A DNA stretch of 64,000 nucleotides from Eledone cirrhosa (lineage: Eukaryota): NCBI GenBank assembly GCA_964016885.1, contig OZ024751.1:40982001-41046000 (forward strand). The letters are read 5' to 3'. A model generated the notes under the pieces. That model was not told the origin of the DNA and searched no databases. It was given only the letters and a program-made list of their open reading frames with translations. Shown piece by piece: positions 1-14,754 of the stretch. Made by a program: the position numbers and the translations under genes. How positions within the stretch are numbered: the first letter of the stretch is position 1; every line of letters starts with the position of its first letter.

Positions 1-150
1 TGCTCACGATATAGCTGATGCTGTTTATATTGTAGTGGAAAACACTTTTGTAATATACTACAGCATATTATTACATTGTTAATTATACCCTGGAAACAGA
101 CATTGCACATGCAGTAGTTGTTTACTAGACCAAAGCATGTCGATCTGGCG

Positions 151-186
<36 letters not shown>

Positions 187-242
187 TATGAAGAGAGAAG
201 AAACATTTAGATATAATTAGTAATAAATTAGTAAATAATTAG

Positions 243-283
<41 letters not shown>

Positions 284-326
284 TACATACTCACACATAA
301 TATATATATATACATACTCATAGATA

Positions 327-388
<62 letters not shown>

Positions 389-458
389 TATAATATATAT
401 ATATATTATGTGTGAGTATGTATATATATATTATATATATATTCATACATACTCACAC

Positions 459-519
<61 letters not shown>

Positions 520-1573
520 GCTGGGGAGATATTTAAAGTTTTCTGTTTTCAATTATTTTGTTCTTCATGAAGTTATCTCTTTCGTTACCATATTTTAATA
601 AGATTCACCAAATAAACAAGATTTTTTCATTTAGAGAAATTTAGAAAAATAATTAACTTTTTTACATGGAACATAACTTAACAAAGAGTTCATACATAAA
701 ACTGTAATATATTGTTTTAATGGTATGAAGAACACTTTAAAACGGGTATTTCGTTTTATTGACTTAGAGACAACAGTTGGATTATTAAAGCAACAGAGAG
801 GACACCAAAACAGTGAAGAACTGAGGGGCGGCCACAGGCAGGATGTTGCGATGATCTGACCCAAGACTTTAACCCCCACATGGCACAATATCGCCAAAGA
901 TAGGAAGGGTTAGGGGTTCCTCCGGCAGAAGTGAAAAGGTCCTGGATTTGGGTAAAACTAGCAACGTGAAGAACAGAAGGGCAGCCAAAGGTAAGATATC
1001 ACGACGATCTGATCCGATACCTCGGCCTCTACATGACCCAGTAGGGTCAGAGATAGGACGCAATGGAAGTCAACAAGTGTTGAGGGTTCCTCCAGCAAGA
1101 GTGAAAAGGCCCTAGAATTGGATTAAGGTAAACTCAGCGGCCGTTTCAGTTACGTTGGTATGGAACGAGTTAAAGTGCCTTTTAGACTGGAGATGTGTAT
1201 GAAATGTATTTAGCAACACAATTCATGTTGGATATGTTGACAATATTCAGGATTATTGAATTTTTCTTCATAGACAGAAATGGAAACAAGTATTGAACAG
1301 TTTTAAAGAAAATTAATATAAGCAATTCAGAACTGATAAACACACATTCTTTGAGATTTTGTATGTTTTCTCCGCTGTTTTTTCTTCGGATTTATCTTCT
1401 TTCTTTTCTTTTATTTTTTTTTATTTTTGCATTAATTCTTTCTTTTTCGTTTTCATTTTCTTCTAAAATGTGCTGCGTATTCATACAGACGTAAAGAGAA
1501 GCAAACACGTATAGAGATACATCCATCCAATATATATATATACGTACGTACGTACGGCACACACATATATACA

Positions 1574-1628
<55 letters not shown>

Positions 1629-3139
1629 AGAGAGAGAGTCAGCAGAATATTCACACAGTTACATAAGATGAACTGACAGCTGCATCTTTACCTCATCAGC
1701 CACCTTGTATGAGTGTGCTTTCGTGCATTAAGGTGGTATTGCACTTGTGATGCCAGTTTATGAGGTTATCTCCAGAATGGAGATATGGTCTGAGTATTTT
1801 CCACAGAATGGACTCTAGTAAAGATGTATCGAATTGTCCATGGGCCAAGTGGTGGTATTGCTGCACCAGAACTGGTTAAAAGCAGTCTCCAGTCTCCCTC
1901 GAAACCATACTCCACTACCTCCTCACCAAAAAACAACATCTACATATTTGATTATGTAGTCCTTCATACAACGTCTAAAATCTGTCTCGATCCCGGTGGC
2001 TTCTCAGACGGATGCTTATCCCGGTTTCCGAGGCGTTAAGCGACTGAAAGTACATGACTTCCTCCACCCCAGGACAAGACGCCAGTCCATCCCATTCATA
2101 TAATGTAGCTTTTAAAACATGGAAATGATCACGGAATTGTCATTAGGATTATATAAGAATTTAGAAATAAAATAGAAATAAAATAGAAATAAAACTGGAT
2201 TCTATTAGAAGACTAATAGCTAACTAGATTATTTCCTCTCTCATCAAACCAACTAACTTCTAATGATCATTTACTCACTAATATTCATGATTAATTTCGT
2301 CGGAGCTTCAAATACTCACAATCTTTTGATAATATATTCTATCATCAAATAGCAATTATTTGTCATCATCTAATCAAACTTAGTTTTATCCAATTAACTT
2401 CTCATCCAAGGAAATGTATCGACTGAATGGGTTTTCTTTCTTTTTTCTTTCCTAAACAATGATCGATATTTCTATTTGAACTATTTGTCAGTTTAAAATA
2501 ACAAGAGTTTGCTTAGATAAAAATATTGCGATTTTATAAGAGACTTTGCTGAATGTGTTTCTTTTAAAATGTTTCTTGTTTGCTTTTTGTTGTATTTTTT
2601 GCTCGTTTAACTGAAGGAGTTAAAGTTAGAAGCAGATGACAAGAAGCATCTACTTCAAACTTTTGTTTCATTCAACAAATTCTTCAACAAATTCTACAGA
2701 TTTAAAGATGTCATATAATGAGTCAGATTTATAGATAAAGAAAGACATATTCTCTCCTGACGTTTAAACATTTCCAAATGAAAAGGAGTGGCGAAATTAC
2801 ATTATAGAATCATGAAAGTTGAGTTTGAAGCAGAGATATAATAACTTGATTGAATTTGATATAATAACAGATTCGTTTGTGTGTGGCTATGTGTCTGTAT
2901 GTTTGTGTGTGACTATGTGTCTCTCTCTGTGTGTGTAATGTGTTTATGTGTGTGTGTGTATGTGTATGTGTGTTTGTAATTGTTTGTGTGTAATGTATAT
3001 ATGGTATATTTCTTCTACGTCATGTTCTTTCGTTCGTCCATATATCTCTTTTGTCTCTCTGAAGGTGGATATTACCATGTGGTTCCAGCGCAAAGAATCG
3101 CGAACTCGTTACTCTAAAAGATACGCTGAAAAAAAAAAA

Positions 3140-3497
3140 ACAGTTCACCTCGCGAGGTTATCGAGGGACAATCGCTGAAAGAACCAGTCAACCGCGCAAG
3201 GATATCGAGGGAGATATGGTGAAAGAGGCAGTCAACCACGCGAGGATATCAAGGGAGATATGGTGAAAGAGGCAGTCAACCACGTGAGGATATCAAGGGA
3301 GCTATGGTGAAAGAGGCAGTCAACCACGTGCGGATATCAAGGGAGATATGGTGAAAGAGGCAGTCAACCATGCAAGGATATCAAGGGAGCTATGGTGAAA
3401 GAGGCAGTCAACCACGCGAGGATATCAAGGGAGCTATGGTGAAAGAGGCAGTCAACCACGAGAGGATATCGAGGGAGATATGGTGAAAGAGGCAGTC
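3140..3497. repeat. 44 bp minisatellite, about 8 copies
   Basis: Unit GGTGAAAGAGGCAGTCAACCACGCGAGGATATCAAGGGAGATAT. Confidence 0.95.
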
Positions 3498-4659
3498 CGA
3501 TTCACTGGGATAACGAGAGTCAGTTCAACTTGCGATGAAGCTAATTCTACTCTCCAAGTCTCACCAATCATTTGGGATAATTTTCGTTCGCTTATGTTCA
3601 AGGTAAACTGTCACATCAGAGAGCAGACGATTGTATCCGACTACAGTATGTTACTGTAGTAACTTAAAACATCTCCATATTGAATGTTGATCTCAGCCAA
3701 CAGATATTTACATTTCTAAATTTCTAAATATGACGATAGTTAAAGCATTCGAGTATTATGACCGTCTTGGGTGAAAATGTCTTTAGCAAATTCCATTTGC
3801 GTAGTACCCGAATGGACATCTGGGTGAGCTGTGGTAAATGTTTTTGTTCAAAATATCTACGATCCTGAGTGAAAAACTTATGGGAATGACAAAATACTTC
3901 GTATAAGGTCTTAGTTTTTTTAATAATTGTTTTTTTAATAATGTTAGTTAGATTGACGAGATAAAAGGCAGATGGAGGTTGAAATAGAAGTATTATTACA
4001 ATCAGCAAGTTTAGAAAGTGAAAAAAGCTGCTGCAATAGACATTGAGAACTTGCGCATTTCTTATATGAAGAAATTTGTCGACGTTACATCTTGCGACAG
4101 GCAAAACGGTGGATAAATAAATTTCAAGCTTCTTTTCACATGAAACGGATACATTTTCTGCCTTTTATGAAGAAACAAATAATGTGGCTAAATAAACTAG
4201 TTTCTGACCTAATTTTACGACGCAGATTAAGTTTTTAGACTGAGAGAATCATGAGTCATTATAACATTTCTATGACAGAATGGTTAGTATGGAATCCTAC
4301 CACCAATATCTTACCACAACCTTATGTAATCCCTTTTACCTCCCCTCTTCTACTGATCTACATAACTTTAAGACAAATTGCTACCACTTAAATATTTTAT
4401 TATCCACCAGTGGTAATTTAACTGTGAAACACATATATCATGTTGAAGTGGCCAAGTCCAAAAGTACGAAATCTTTATAGTAATTTAACATAAACTTTAG
4501 AAAATTGAAAACGATGAAAATAGGAAACAGAGCAAGAAAACAGAAAACCGGTGAAACGTTGTCTTCACAATTTTGTTTTTAAACTAAACCCAGTGTTTTA
4601 TGTTACCCAAGCTTTCAAAATAGCACGAAATCTTTATAGTAATGTCATATAAACTTTCA

Positions 4660-7180
4660 CGCCATTCACGTTCCCGCTACTGGTACAGCCAGTCGTTGGG
4701 GTGCCACACTAGATGTGCCACTGGTACAGCCAATCGTTGGAGTGCCACACTAGATGTGCCACTGGTACAGCCAATCGTTGGGGTTCCACACTAGATGTGC
4801 CACTGGTACAGCCAATCGTTGGGGTGCCACACTAGATGTGCCACTGGTACAGCCAGTCGTTGGGCTTCCACACTAGATGTGCCACTGGTACAGCCAATCG
4901 TTGGGGTGCCACACTAGATGTGCCACTGGTACAGCCAATCGTTGGGGTGCCACACTAGATGTGCCACTGGTACAGCCAGTCGTTGGGCTTCCACACTAGA
5001 TGTGCCACTGGTACAGCCAATCGTTGGGGATTCCACACTAGATGTGCCACTGGTACAGCCAATCGTTGGGGTGTCACACTAGATGTGCCACTGGTACAGC
5101 CAGTCGTTGGGGTACCACTCTAGATGTGCCACTGATGCAGCCAATCGTTGGGGTGCCACACTAGTTGTGCCACTGGTGCAGCCAGTCGTTGGGGTGTCAC
5201 ACTAGATGTGCCACTGGTACAGCCAGTCGTTGGGGTACCACTCTAGATGTGCCACTGGTACAGCCAATCGTTGGGGTTCCACACTAGATGTGCCACTGGT
5301 ACAGCCAATCGTTGGGGTTCCACACTAGATGTGCCACTGGTACAGCCAATCGTTGGGGGTTCCACACTAGATGTGCCACTGGTACAGCCAATCGTTGGGC
5401 TTCCACACTAGATGTGCCACTGGTACAGCCAATCGTTGGGGTTCCACACTAGATGTGCCACTGGTACAGCCAATCGTTGGGGGTTCCACACTAGATGTGC
5501 CACTGATGCAGCCAATCGTTGGGGTTCCACACTAGATGTGCCACTGGTACAGCCAGTCGTTGGGGTGTCACACTAGATGTGCCACTGGTACAGCCAGTCG
5601 TTGGGGTACCACTCTAGATGTGCCACTGATGCAGCCAATCGTTGGGCTTCCACACTAGATGTGCCACTGGTACAGCCAATCGTTGTTGTTCCACACTAGA
5701 TGTGCCACTGGTACAGCCAATCGTTGGGGTGCCACACTAGATGTGCCACTGGTACAGCCAATCGTTGGGGTGTCACACTAGATGTGCCACTGATACAGCC
5801 AATCGTTGGGGTTCCACACTAGATGTGCCACTGATACAGCCAATCGTTGGGGTGCCACACTAGATGTGCCACTGATACAGCCAATCGTTGGGGTTCCACA
5901 CTAGATGTGCCACTGGTACAGCCAATCGTTGGGGTGTCACACTAGATGTGCCACTGATACAGCCAATCGTTGGGGTTCCACACTAGATGTGCCACTGATA
6001 CAGCCAATCGTTGGGGTGCCACACTAGATGTGCCACTGGTACAGCCAATCGTTGGGGTGCCACACTAGATGTGCCACCGGTACAGCCAATCGTTGGGGTG
6101 CCACACTAGTTGTGCCACTGGTACAGCCAATCGTTGGGGTGCCACACTAGTTGTGCCACTGGTACAGCCAATCGTTGGGGTGCCACACTAGTTGTGCCAC
6201 TGGTACAGCCAATCGTTGGGGTGCCACACTAGTTGTGCCACTGGTACAGCCAATCGTTGGGGTTCCACACTAGATGTGCCACTGGTACAGCCAATCGTTG
6301 GGGTGCCACACTAGTTGTGCCACTGGTACAGCCAATCGTTGGGGTGCCACACTAGATGTGCCACTGGTACAGCTAGTCGTTGGGGTTCCACACTAGATGT
6401 GCCACTGGTACAGCCAATCGTTGGGGTGCCACACTAGATGTGCCACTGGTACAGCTAGTCGTTGGGGTTCCACACTAGATGTGCCACTGGTACAGCTAGT
6501 CGTTGGGGTCCCACACTAGATGTACCACTGGTACAGCCAGTCGTTGGGGTCCCACACTAGATGTACCACTGGTACAGCTAGTCGTTGGGGTGCCACTGGT
6601 ACAGCCAGTCGTTGGGGTTCCACACTAGATGTGCCACTGGTACACCCAGTCGTTGGGGTGCCACACTAGATGTGCCACTGGTACAGCTAGTCGTTGGGGT
6701 GTCACACTAGATGTGCCACTGGTACAGCTAGTCGTTGGGGTGCCACACTAGATGTGCCACTGGTACAGCTAGTCGTTGGGGTGCCACTGGTACAGCCAGT
6801 CGTTGGGGTGCCACACTAGATGTGCCACTGGTACAGCCAGTCGTTGGGGTTCCACACTAGATGTGCCACTGGTACAGCCAGTCGTTGGGGTGCCACTGGT
6901 ACAGCCAGTCGTTGGGGTGCCACACAAGACGCTTTTGCAGTCAACCGTCGCTGCTGGTCTCTATTCTCTGCCATGTGTAGAAGTGTTGTGACTAATCCGG
7001 TCTTTGATGTTGTCGGACCAGTATTTTCTTTGTCTGCCTCACCTTCACCCTCCCTTAACTGTGCCCCGAAGGATGGATTTATGCAAGGAGTTGTGGCGGC
7101 ATATATGACCCTACCAGGCAAGCTTCTGTCTTTTCACCATCGTAACGAGAGACTCCTGTCTATCTGCCTGACAAAGCTGC
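4660..7180 (-). mobile_element. RTE-clade LINE 3' fragment interrupted by a minisatellite
   Basis: Reverse strand VKRQKLAW*GHICRHNSLHKSILRGTVKGG*R*GRQRKYWSDNIKD ... AENRDQQR...APQR, typical of RTE RT C-termini. Confidence 0.8.
4679..6925. repeat. 41 bp minisatellite, about 55 copies
   Basis: Unit GTGCCACTGGTACAGCCAATCGTTGGGGTGCCACACTAGAT; three 27 bp deletion variants near the right end. Confidence 0.98.
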
Positions 7181-7269
7181 TTGTTTTGTAAACGATGAAA
7201 ACGAAAACCGGTCAAACCTTCATTTCACAATCTTATTTTTAAACTAAATTCAGTGTTTTATGTTAACCA

Positions 7270-7358
<89 letters not shown>

Positions 7359-9148
7359 AACCAGTAAGACCTATTACCTACTCTACTACCTCAAGTATTG
7401 AGTACTTTGGTGCGTTATGGTCCACCTGGTTCCTTACCACATTTCCTTCGTTATATATATATATTTATATATATATATATACACACCACGTACACATACA
7501 AATGCTGGAGGATGTGTGTTTATTGTAAGAAAAGGAAACACGTATTACACCGGAAATTATCAGGGTTTAATTTCTGATATATTATCATTGTTTGTTGAAA
7601 TTGTTAATAAAACAGAATTAAGGCAGATTGGGAATTTTCCGCGGTTGCATTTTTATGAGAACATCTGAAATAAAGAAATTTAATATCAGTGCCAGTTATT
7701 TCCTCACATACATACATTTGCAATGATGTATAAATATAAACATACAGCTTCATCTTGAGATAAATGTATATTTAAGCTTTAGGACTCATCTGTGTCACCA
7801 TTGATAGTTTCTTCAACCATTTGTTTCAGTTATATTCGTTTTAAATTTTAGAACAAGACCATCAATTTGAAGGAAGGGTAGGAGGAAAACGTCGGTTATA
7901 TCGGCCCCAGTATTTGGCTGGTACTTTATGTTATCGACCTCGGAAGGAGAAAGAGCAAAGTTGACCTCAGAGAGATTGGATCTCAGAACTTTAAAAAGGT
8001 GGAACAAAATATCGTGAGGCAATTTATCCGACGTTCTGCACCCTCCTCTCTCCCTCTCTCTCTCCCTCCCTCTCCCCCTCTCTCTCTCATTGAATTACAT
8101 TGCAAACAATCAATGTGAACCTGACATATTTTAAAAAAAAGCAGCCAATTCTCCCTCAAGTCACACATTACTGTCTTAAAAAGGAAACTCACATAATCAA
8201 ATAATAATATTGATTAAAATAATATCTTTTCAAAGTCTTTCTATAATCTGGTAAGCGGGTATTCGACTATATATCATTGACGAGGACTAATAAGACTAAA
8301 ACATGCCTGGAATTGTCAGCGTAATTAGCAAAGATCAGACTTATACTCCTCTGCTTAGATCAATTTAAATTTTCATCATTTTAAATTTCAGTTTTCTTTC
8401 TTGAAAAACAAAAAAATATTCTATTAAAGCTAATGAGATTCCTTCTCGTTACGTTTTAATCACAATTGATTAAAAAGGGTTTTGTTTGTTTTGTTTTAAC
8501 GGATGATAAATTACACTTAACTAATGTGTTTGTTGGATCTCCGTTAGTTGCAACGAGGACTATTCCAGTTCGTCGATAAATGGAACAGCATGTTCGTGGA
8601 ATTAACGTGAACGCTTCAAAACGTTAATACACACATAGATTTAGGAACACACATAGATAAGGAATTACAAAAATCCTTAATAAAAATGTGACAACTGGAG
8701 GTTAGTCATGTGTGTGTGTGTGTATGTGTGTGTGTATAAATAAATATGCATATATATATATACATATATATACATGTATATATATATGTATATATGTATA
8801 TATACACATATATATACATATATATATATATATATACATGTATATATACTATAAAGTATGTCCATAGAATCATTTGATAAGATATATATACACCATTTTC
8901 TCTCCCAATCAGCATAATCAACCACACACAAAAAAAAAAAAAAATTAAACTAGGCTATAAGATTAAAAGGCATCTGTGAAGAAATAATAGATAAATAAAC
9001 GACAGCCATCTATTCGCGATCAACAGCTATAGAATATTTACCCAGCATTTCAATAGCACGTGGAAATCGATTAAATATATCGTCAACCATACACAATTAG
9101 GTATAAATTAAAGTTAGAAGAAAAAATGTATATAAACATACATGTATA

Positions 9149-9238
<90 letters not shown>

Positions 9239-9472
9239 CATTTATATACATATATATATACATGTATATGTATATACATATATATATATACATATATATA
9301 TATACATGTATATATATATATATATATACATATATATACATAGATATATGTATACATGTATGTATGTATATATATATATATATATATTTTTATTTATTTA
9401 TGTACGTGTATGTGTTTGAGAGTCTGTGTAAGCGGTATGGTCGGGATATGTATGTATATATATATATATGAC

Positions 9473-9517
<45 letters not shown>

Positions 9518-9577
9518 TAGATAGATAGATATAGTGAGAGAGAGAGGGTGAGATAGATAGAGAGAGAGGGGGGGGGG

Positions 9578-9625
<48 letters not shown>

Positions 9626-9645
9626 TATATATATATATATATATA

Positions 9646-9839
9646 GTACGTTATTCCGGGTTGAATCGGAGGTAACCACAGTAAGTAAGGTACTCAATAC
9701 ATTGCAGAGTATAAAAGTTTTAATATAGATGAGATTCTACAGGACTAGAACTGTTTCATTCTTTAGAACTGTTTCATTCTTTAGAAAGATTCCTGATGAT
9801 TTCTAAAGAATGAAACAGTTCTAGTCCTGTAGAATCTCA

Positions 9840-9845
<6 letters not shown>
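9646..9845. mobile_element. Penelope-like pseudo-LTR remnant with inverted duplication, in (TA)n
   Basis: 9725-9767 is the reverse complement of the 3' part of the hammerhead unit; tail homologous to 10718-10800; flanked by (TA)n. Confidence 0.65.
9787..9837 (+). ncRNA. Type I hammerhead ribozyme (family A)
   Basis: AGATTC-CTGATGA-TTTC TAAA GAAT-GAAA-CAG TTCTAGTC CTG-TA-GAATCT: stem I 6 bp, intact core, stem III 3 bp, GUA site after 9831. Confidence 0.85.
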
Positions 9846-9919
<74 letters not shown>

Positions 9920-10375
9920 CATGCATGTAAGTATGAACTCATGAAGATGGAAATGATATCAAGAATTGACAGCATCAAAATAAAGAAAGAAAGTTTCAAA
10001 TGACATGAATAAGTTTACCGTGAATTGAAATCACTGCGATTTATAAGAGAAATCAATGTTTTTGTTTGAAACCATTGAGCGGCCTCAGCGATGACTTTTT
10101 CCTCCAGATGATCAACGGTATTAAGCCAGTCCTGATGCTATAGCTCTATTCCACAGTTGAAAATATAGAAATATACAATATGACAGTATTAATACAGAGC
10201 CGAGACGAAAATGACTAAGAAAAATCGCTAGAGCATGAAGTCAGTTTCTACATTATACCGGAGCAGTTAGCTTTTGACATGAATACAGGCGGGAGGCTTT
10301 TAGATAGATGAGGAAAATGTTATTGATTTATTAAGTAATGGGAACTTTAAGATGAATAGGGATATAAGTTAAACG

Positions 10376-10416
<41 letters not shown>

Positions 10417-10604
10417 AGTCGGAAATGTGGCTAAATATGTGTTTACTAAAAATACATGAAGGTGTAGACATAGCTATGTGGTTAAGTGGTTTTATATGGA
10501 CGTGGTTTCGTGTTTTGTGTTCACTCCCACTGAGTGTCACCTTAAGCTAGGGTTGGTCAAAGCTTTGTGAGTGTAATTTAGTAAATGGAAGCTACAGACG
10601 ACAG

Positions 10605-10656
<52 letters not shown>

Positions 10657-10667
10657 GTGTATATACG

Positions 10668-10717
10668 GGCTTCCTGATGATTTCTCCCGAATTAAACTGT
10701 TCTACTCTGTAGAAGCC
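10668..10717 (+). ncRNA. Degenerate family A hammerhead
   Basis: Stem I GGCTTC/GAAGCC (compensatory relative to AGATTC/GAATCT), CTGATGA intact, but GAAA is TAAA and stem III is mismatched. Confidence 0.6.
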
Positions 10718-10802
10718 ATTTGTATATTAAATATTTATACTCTGCTATGTATTGAGTACCTTACTTACTGTGGTTACCCCTGATTGAACTCGAGATAAAC
10801 TT

Positions 10803-10833
<31 letters not shown>

Positions 10834-10865
10834 GACCACACACATACATACATACAAACATACAA

Positions 10866-10947
<82 letters not shown>

Positions 10948-11115
10948 AAATGTGTGAGATCCTTGGTACAGTTAGGTATATTTGAAAAAAAAGGAAAAGA
11001 ATGACTTCACTTGTGTTAAAAAATTTATGATTTAATGTTATAATATTATAACATTATAACATTAAATCATACATTTTTTAACACTACAAGTGAAGTCATT
11101 CTTTTCCCTTTTTTT

Positions 11116-11157
<42 letters not shown>

Positions 11158-11610
11158 TGTATGTGTGAGACCCAGTGTTTGTGCTTATTTTTTTGCATGT
11201 GTTTTAGTCCAATAACTTAGCGCTTCGACAAAAAGAGATCGATAAAATAAGTACGTCTGTCGATATGATAACCTAAATCCCTTTTAAAGTGTGCCCCATC
11301 ATGGCCACAACCTCATGACAGAAACCAGTAAAATAAAAATAGAATAGATGTTATCTCCGTTTATGTGAACGCTGTGTAAATTATTCTTATTAATTGGTTA
11401 TTAATAAGAATAATTTACACAGCGTTCACACACATACTTGCCATTCTGAGTTCAAATCCCGCCGAGGTTAACTTTGCCTTTTATCCTTACGGGGTCCATA
11501 AAATAAAGTACCAGTAATGTACTGGGTGATTGCTGGCCTTGTGCCAAAAGTAGAAACAATTAATTGGTTATTAATTAGTTATTAATAACCAATTAATTAT
11601 TTCTACTTTA

Positions 11611-11800
11611 GGGCGGTGGATTGGCAGTATCGGTAGAGGGTTGGACGCCATACTTTGACGTATAGAGTTACGGCCCTTGCCATTCTGAGTTCAAATCCCG
11701 CCAAGGTTAACTTTGCCTTTCATCCTTACGGGGTCGATAAAATAAAGTACCAGTAATGCACTGGGTTATTGCTGGCCTTGTGCCTAACCTAGAAACAATT
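11611..11800 (+). mobile_element. SINE family 1 (truncated copy also at 11437-11560)
   Basis: High identity to the 40898 copy. Confidence 0.9.
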
Positions 11801-12535
11801 AATTAGTTATTAATTAGTAATTAACGTTACCGACTCCTTTACTATTCGGCAAATTAGGGCAGACGAAATTTAGTTGCATCAGTTTGAATGTACCTTTAGA
11901 TAACAACAAACTGCTATTGTGCTTCTCTGTGTGGATGTCAAAGGAAGTAAGCGACCACGTTTTTGTACTTTTCTAATTAACTAATAGGCTAATCTCAACT
12001 GAGAAATAACATAACAATACCTTGGTTGTATAATCATACTATTTCATCCAAATATCCTTATGTTGGGAAGCTATTTTCATATATTTCTCATACAGATCTG
12101 GTTCAGCTCGCTGGAATGAGGGGTATCGGATACATATTATACAAATATGTGTATGTATGTATGCTTCGACCCGTGACTCCTGGTAGAGTCGTATGGTCAC
12201 CGTCGTAACATACGGCGTGTCTTGGTTATTTTAAACTCTATGGAGCCCATCCCTTCTCCATGTCTGAACACAACTGATTTCTTCCAGAGAAGCAGAAAGA
12301 GGAAGTGAAAAAAAAGATATAGAGGAAGTGAAAAAAAGATATAGAGAAAGAACCGACCCCACTTTTAGACTGATATTTTTTTATCTACATCGAAAGGATG
12401 AATGGCAAAGTTCACCTCGGTGGGTTTTGAACTCAGAGCGCAGAGAGACAGAAGGAATATCGCAAAGGATTCTATCTGACGTTCTAATGACTGAAAATTC
12501 GCCGCCTATGACAAAATTGACCTCATGCATAAATA

Positions 12536-12724
12536 ATTGTTTCTACTTTTGGCACAAGGTCAGCAATTACCCAGTACATTACTAGTACTTTATTTTATCG
12601 ACCCCGTAAAGATGAAAGGCAAAGTTAACCTCGGTGGGATTTGAACTCAGAATGGCAAGGGCCGTAACTCAATGCGTCAAAGCATGGCGTCCGACCCTCT
12701 ACCAATACTGCCAATCCACCGCCC
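12536..12724 (-). mobile_element. SINE family 1
   Basis: Full length; TSD TGCATAAATAAT. Confidence 0.9.
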
Positions 12725-12797
12725 TTCTGCATAAATAATATGTATTGATATTCAATCTCCTATAGTAGTAAATACGTTGCCCTCTATACTTGTAACC

Positions 12798-12957
12798 AGG
12801 ACTGGATTAACCATTAAACAAAATAAACGCATGTTTGGGACATCAAGGGAGGAGGGGCTTTTTTTTGCAAATTAAATTTTTTAATTTTTTTTTTTATATA
12901 AAGAGAGCATTATAAACTTAAGTGCTTAGGGGCTCAAAACGACTTAATCAGGCCTTG
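12798..12957. mobile_element. hAT-like MITE
   Basis: Imperfect TIRs CAGGACTGGATTAA / TTAATCAGGCCTTG. Confidence 0.5.
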
Positions 12958-13903
12958 TTTATAATTCTGGTTAATGAATCGCCTGTAAATGTAAATTAAG
13001 TATATTTGAAGTAATTTGTAGTTGATGCGAAGTAATTTAAGTAACTGTGAACTAAAAGCAGCATGAGTGTAAGATTTCGTCTACAGAAAGACACGATGTC
13101 TGCTACGGATGCCGAGAAACAATATTTTGTAAGCAAACAAATCAAATATGTGTGTATGTTTATCTATCCGTAACACTTAATAGTATGTGTGTATGTTTAT
13201 CTATACGTAACACTTTATAGTATGGGAGTATGTTGTAAGTGATAACAATAATAAAATGAGTAGGTGTGATAGCATATGCACAAATACATGTATACATGCA
13301 ACTGTCTGAGATTTAAACTAAATTACATATAACACAGTGACGTGAAAAGCCTCTAAAGCTAACAGATACATTTAACTTAATGGTAAAGCGTTAACTCAAT
13401 GGCGGCTGAGGTAATTGCAGACGACTGAACGGCTGATTAGATGCTTTAAAACGCTACTGTTATGTAAGTCATTGTTTAAAACCTGATTGCTCTGGATTCC
13501 TATAGCAAATCTTTCATACTCCCACATATCCCAGACTCAATACAATTACTGCCAGATATATACCAGGGTTCATTCAATCAACTGAAAATTCTCCTAAAAA
13601 AAATTATTATTTTCTATTTAGTTAAATGAAATATCACAGTCTCAGAAGAATAAAAGGTGTATTTGTTTAAGTAGGAAATGAAAACTGTGTGTGTGTGTGT
13701 GTGTGTATGTGCGCACGCATATAGGTCTTCCGCTATGAAACTGCAGTAGGATTATTTTTGGGTGGCTATGATTAATTCTTCTGAATTTGTTTTGCTAACA
13801 TCTCCCATTTATGAATTTATATATATATTTATATATATGTGTGTGTGTTGATTTAACACTTCACTGCTCGCAAGTGTTTTTTAAGCTTCACATAATGTCT
13901 CCA

Positions 13904-13974
13904 TATTTTATCTGATGAGAACGCAAATATCATCCCATGATGATATTTGTTTTTGAAATGCGCATAATAAAATA
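13904..13974 (+). ncRNA. Type I hammerhead ribozyme (family B, palindromic stem III)
   Basis: TATTTTAT-CTGATGA-16 bp stem II with one mismatch-GAAA-TGCGCA-TA-ATAAAATA. Confidence 0.88.
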
Positions 13975-14023
13975 CATGGAACTCTTTTAACCATCTTTTG
14001 ATCTTATATTATATATAAATATA

Positions 14024-14128
<105 letters not shown>

Positions 14129-14691
14129 ATATAATATAATATAATATAATATAATGTAATATAATATATCATAATAAAATATAAATACATACATACATGC
14201 TCACACAAACACGCATATATGTTTGTATCTGTGTTATTAATATTATTGAATAATTATTATCTGTATTGTAAGTAAAATTTGATAATGTTATAAATTTTGC
14301 ATTTACATTTTACTTTTTGAAAACTTATCACATAAATTGATTTGAAAATTTTTAAAATAGCAGCCAAGATAGCGTCAAGATTTTCGTCTGGTTTAACAAT
14401 GGCTGCTGTAGACAAATAGTTGAAGCTGTGATACGATCAATGACAACAGCACATCATCAGTCATTTAAATACCAATACCCTCATACATATACACACAGGC
14501 ACACAGACACACATACACTCACATATATATACACAGATAGACAGACAGATACACATACACACAAACGCAGACACGTACACACGAATATATATATACATAT
14601 ACATACATATATATATATATACATATACATATATATATATGTGTACATATACATATATATACATAGATATCATATACATATGTACATACAT

Positions 14692-14754
<63 letters not shown>

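Noticed and set aside
8273-8312. TTGACGA-GGACTAATAAGACT-AAAA-CATG-CC, resembling a minimal hammerhead
   Set aside because: Needs about five substitutions including core positions; at best a dead relic.
13912-13958. SECIS element in family B stem II (ATGA...AAA...GA)
   Set aside because: Only 6 nt between ATGA and AAA, and the As are paired; the hammerhead fold explains the sequence.
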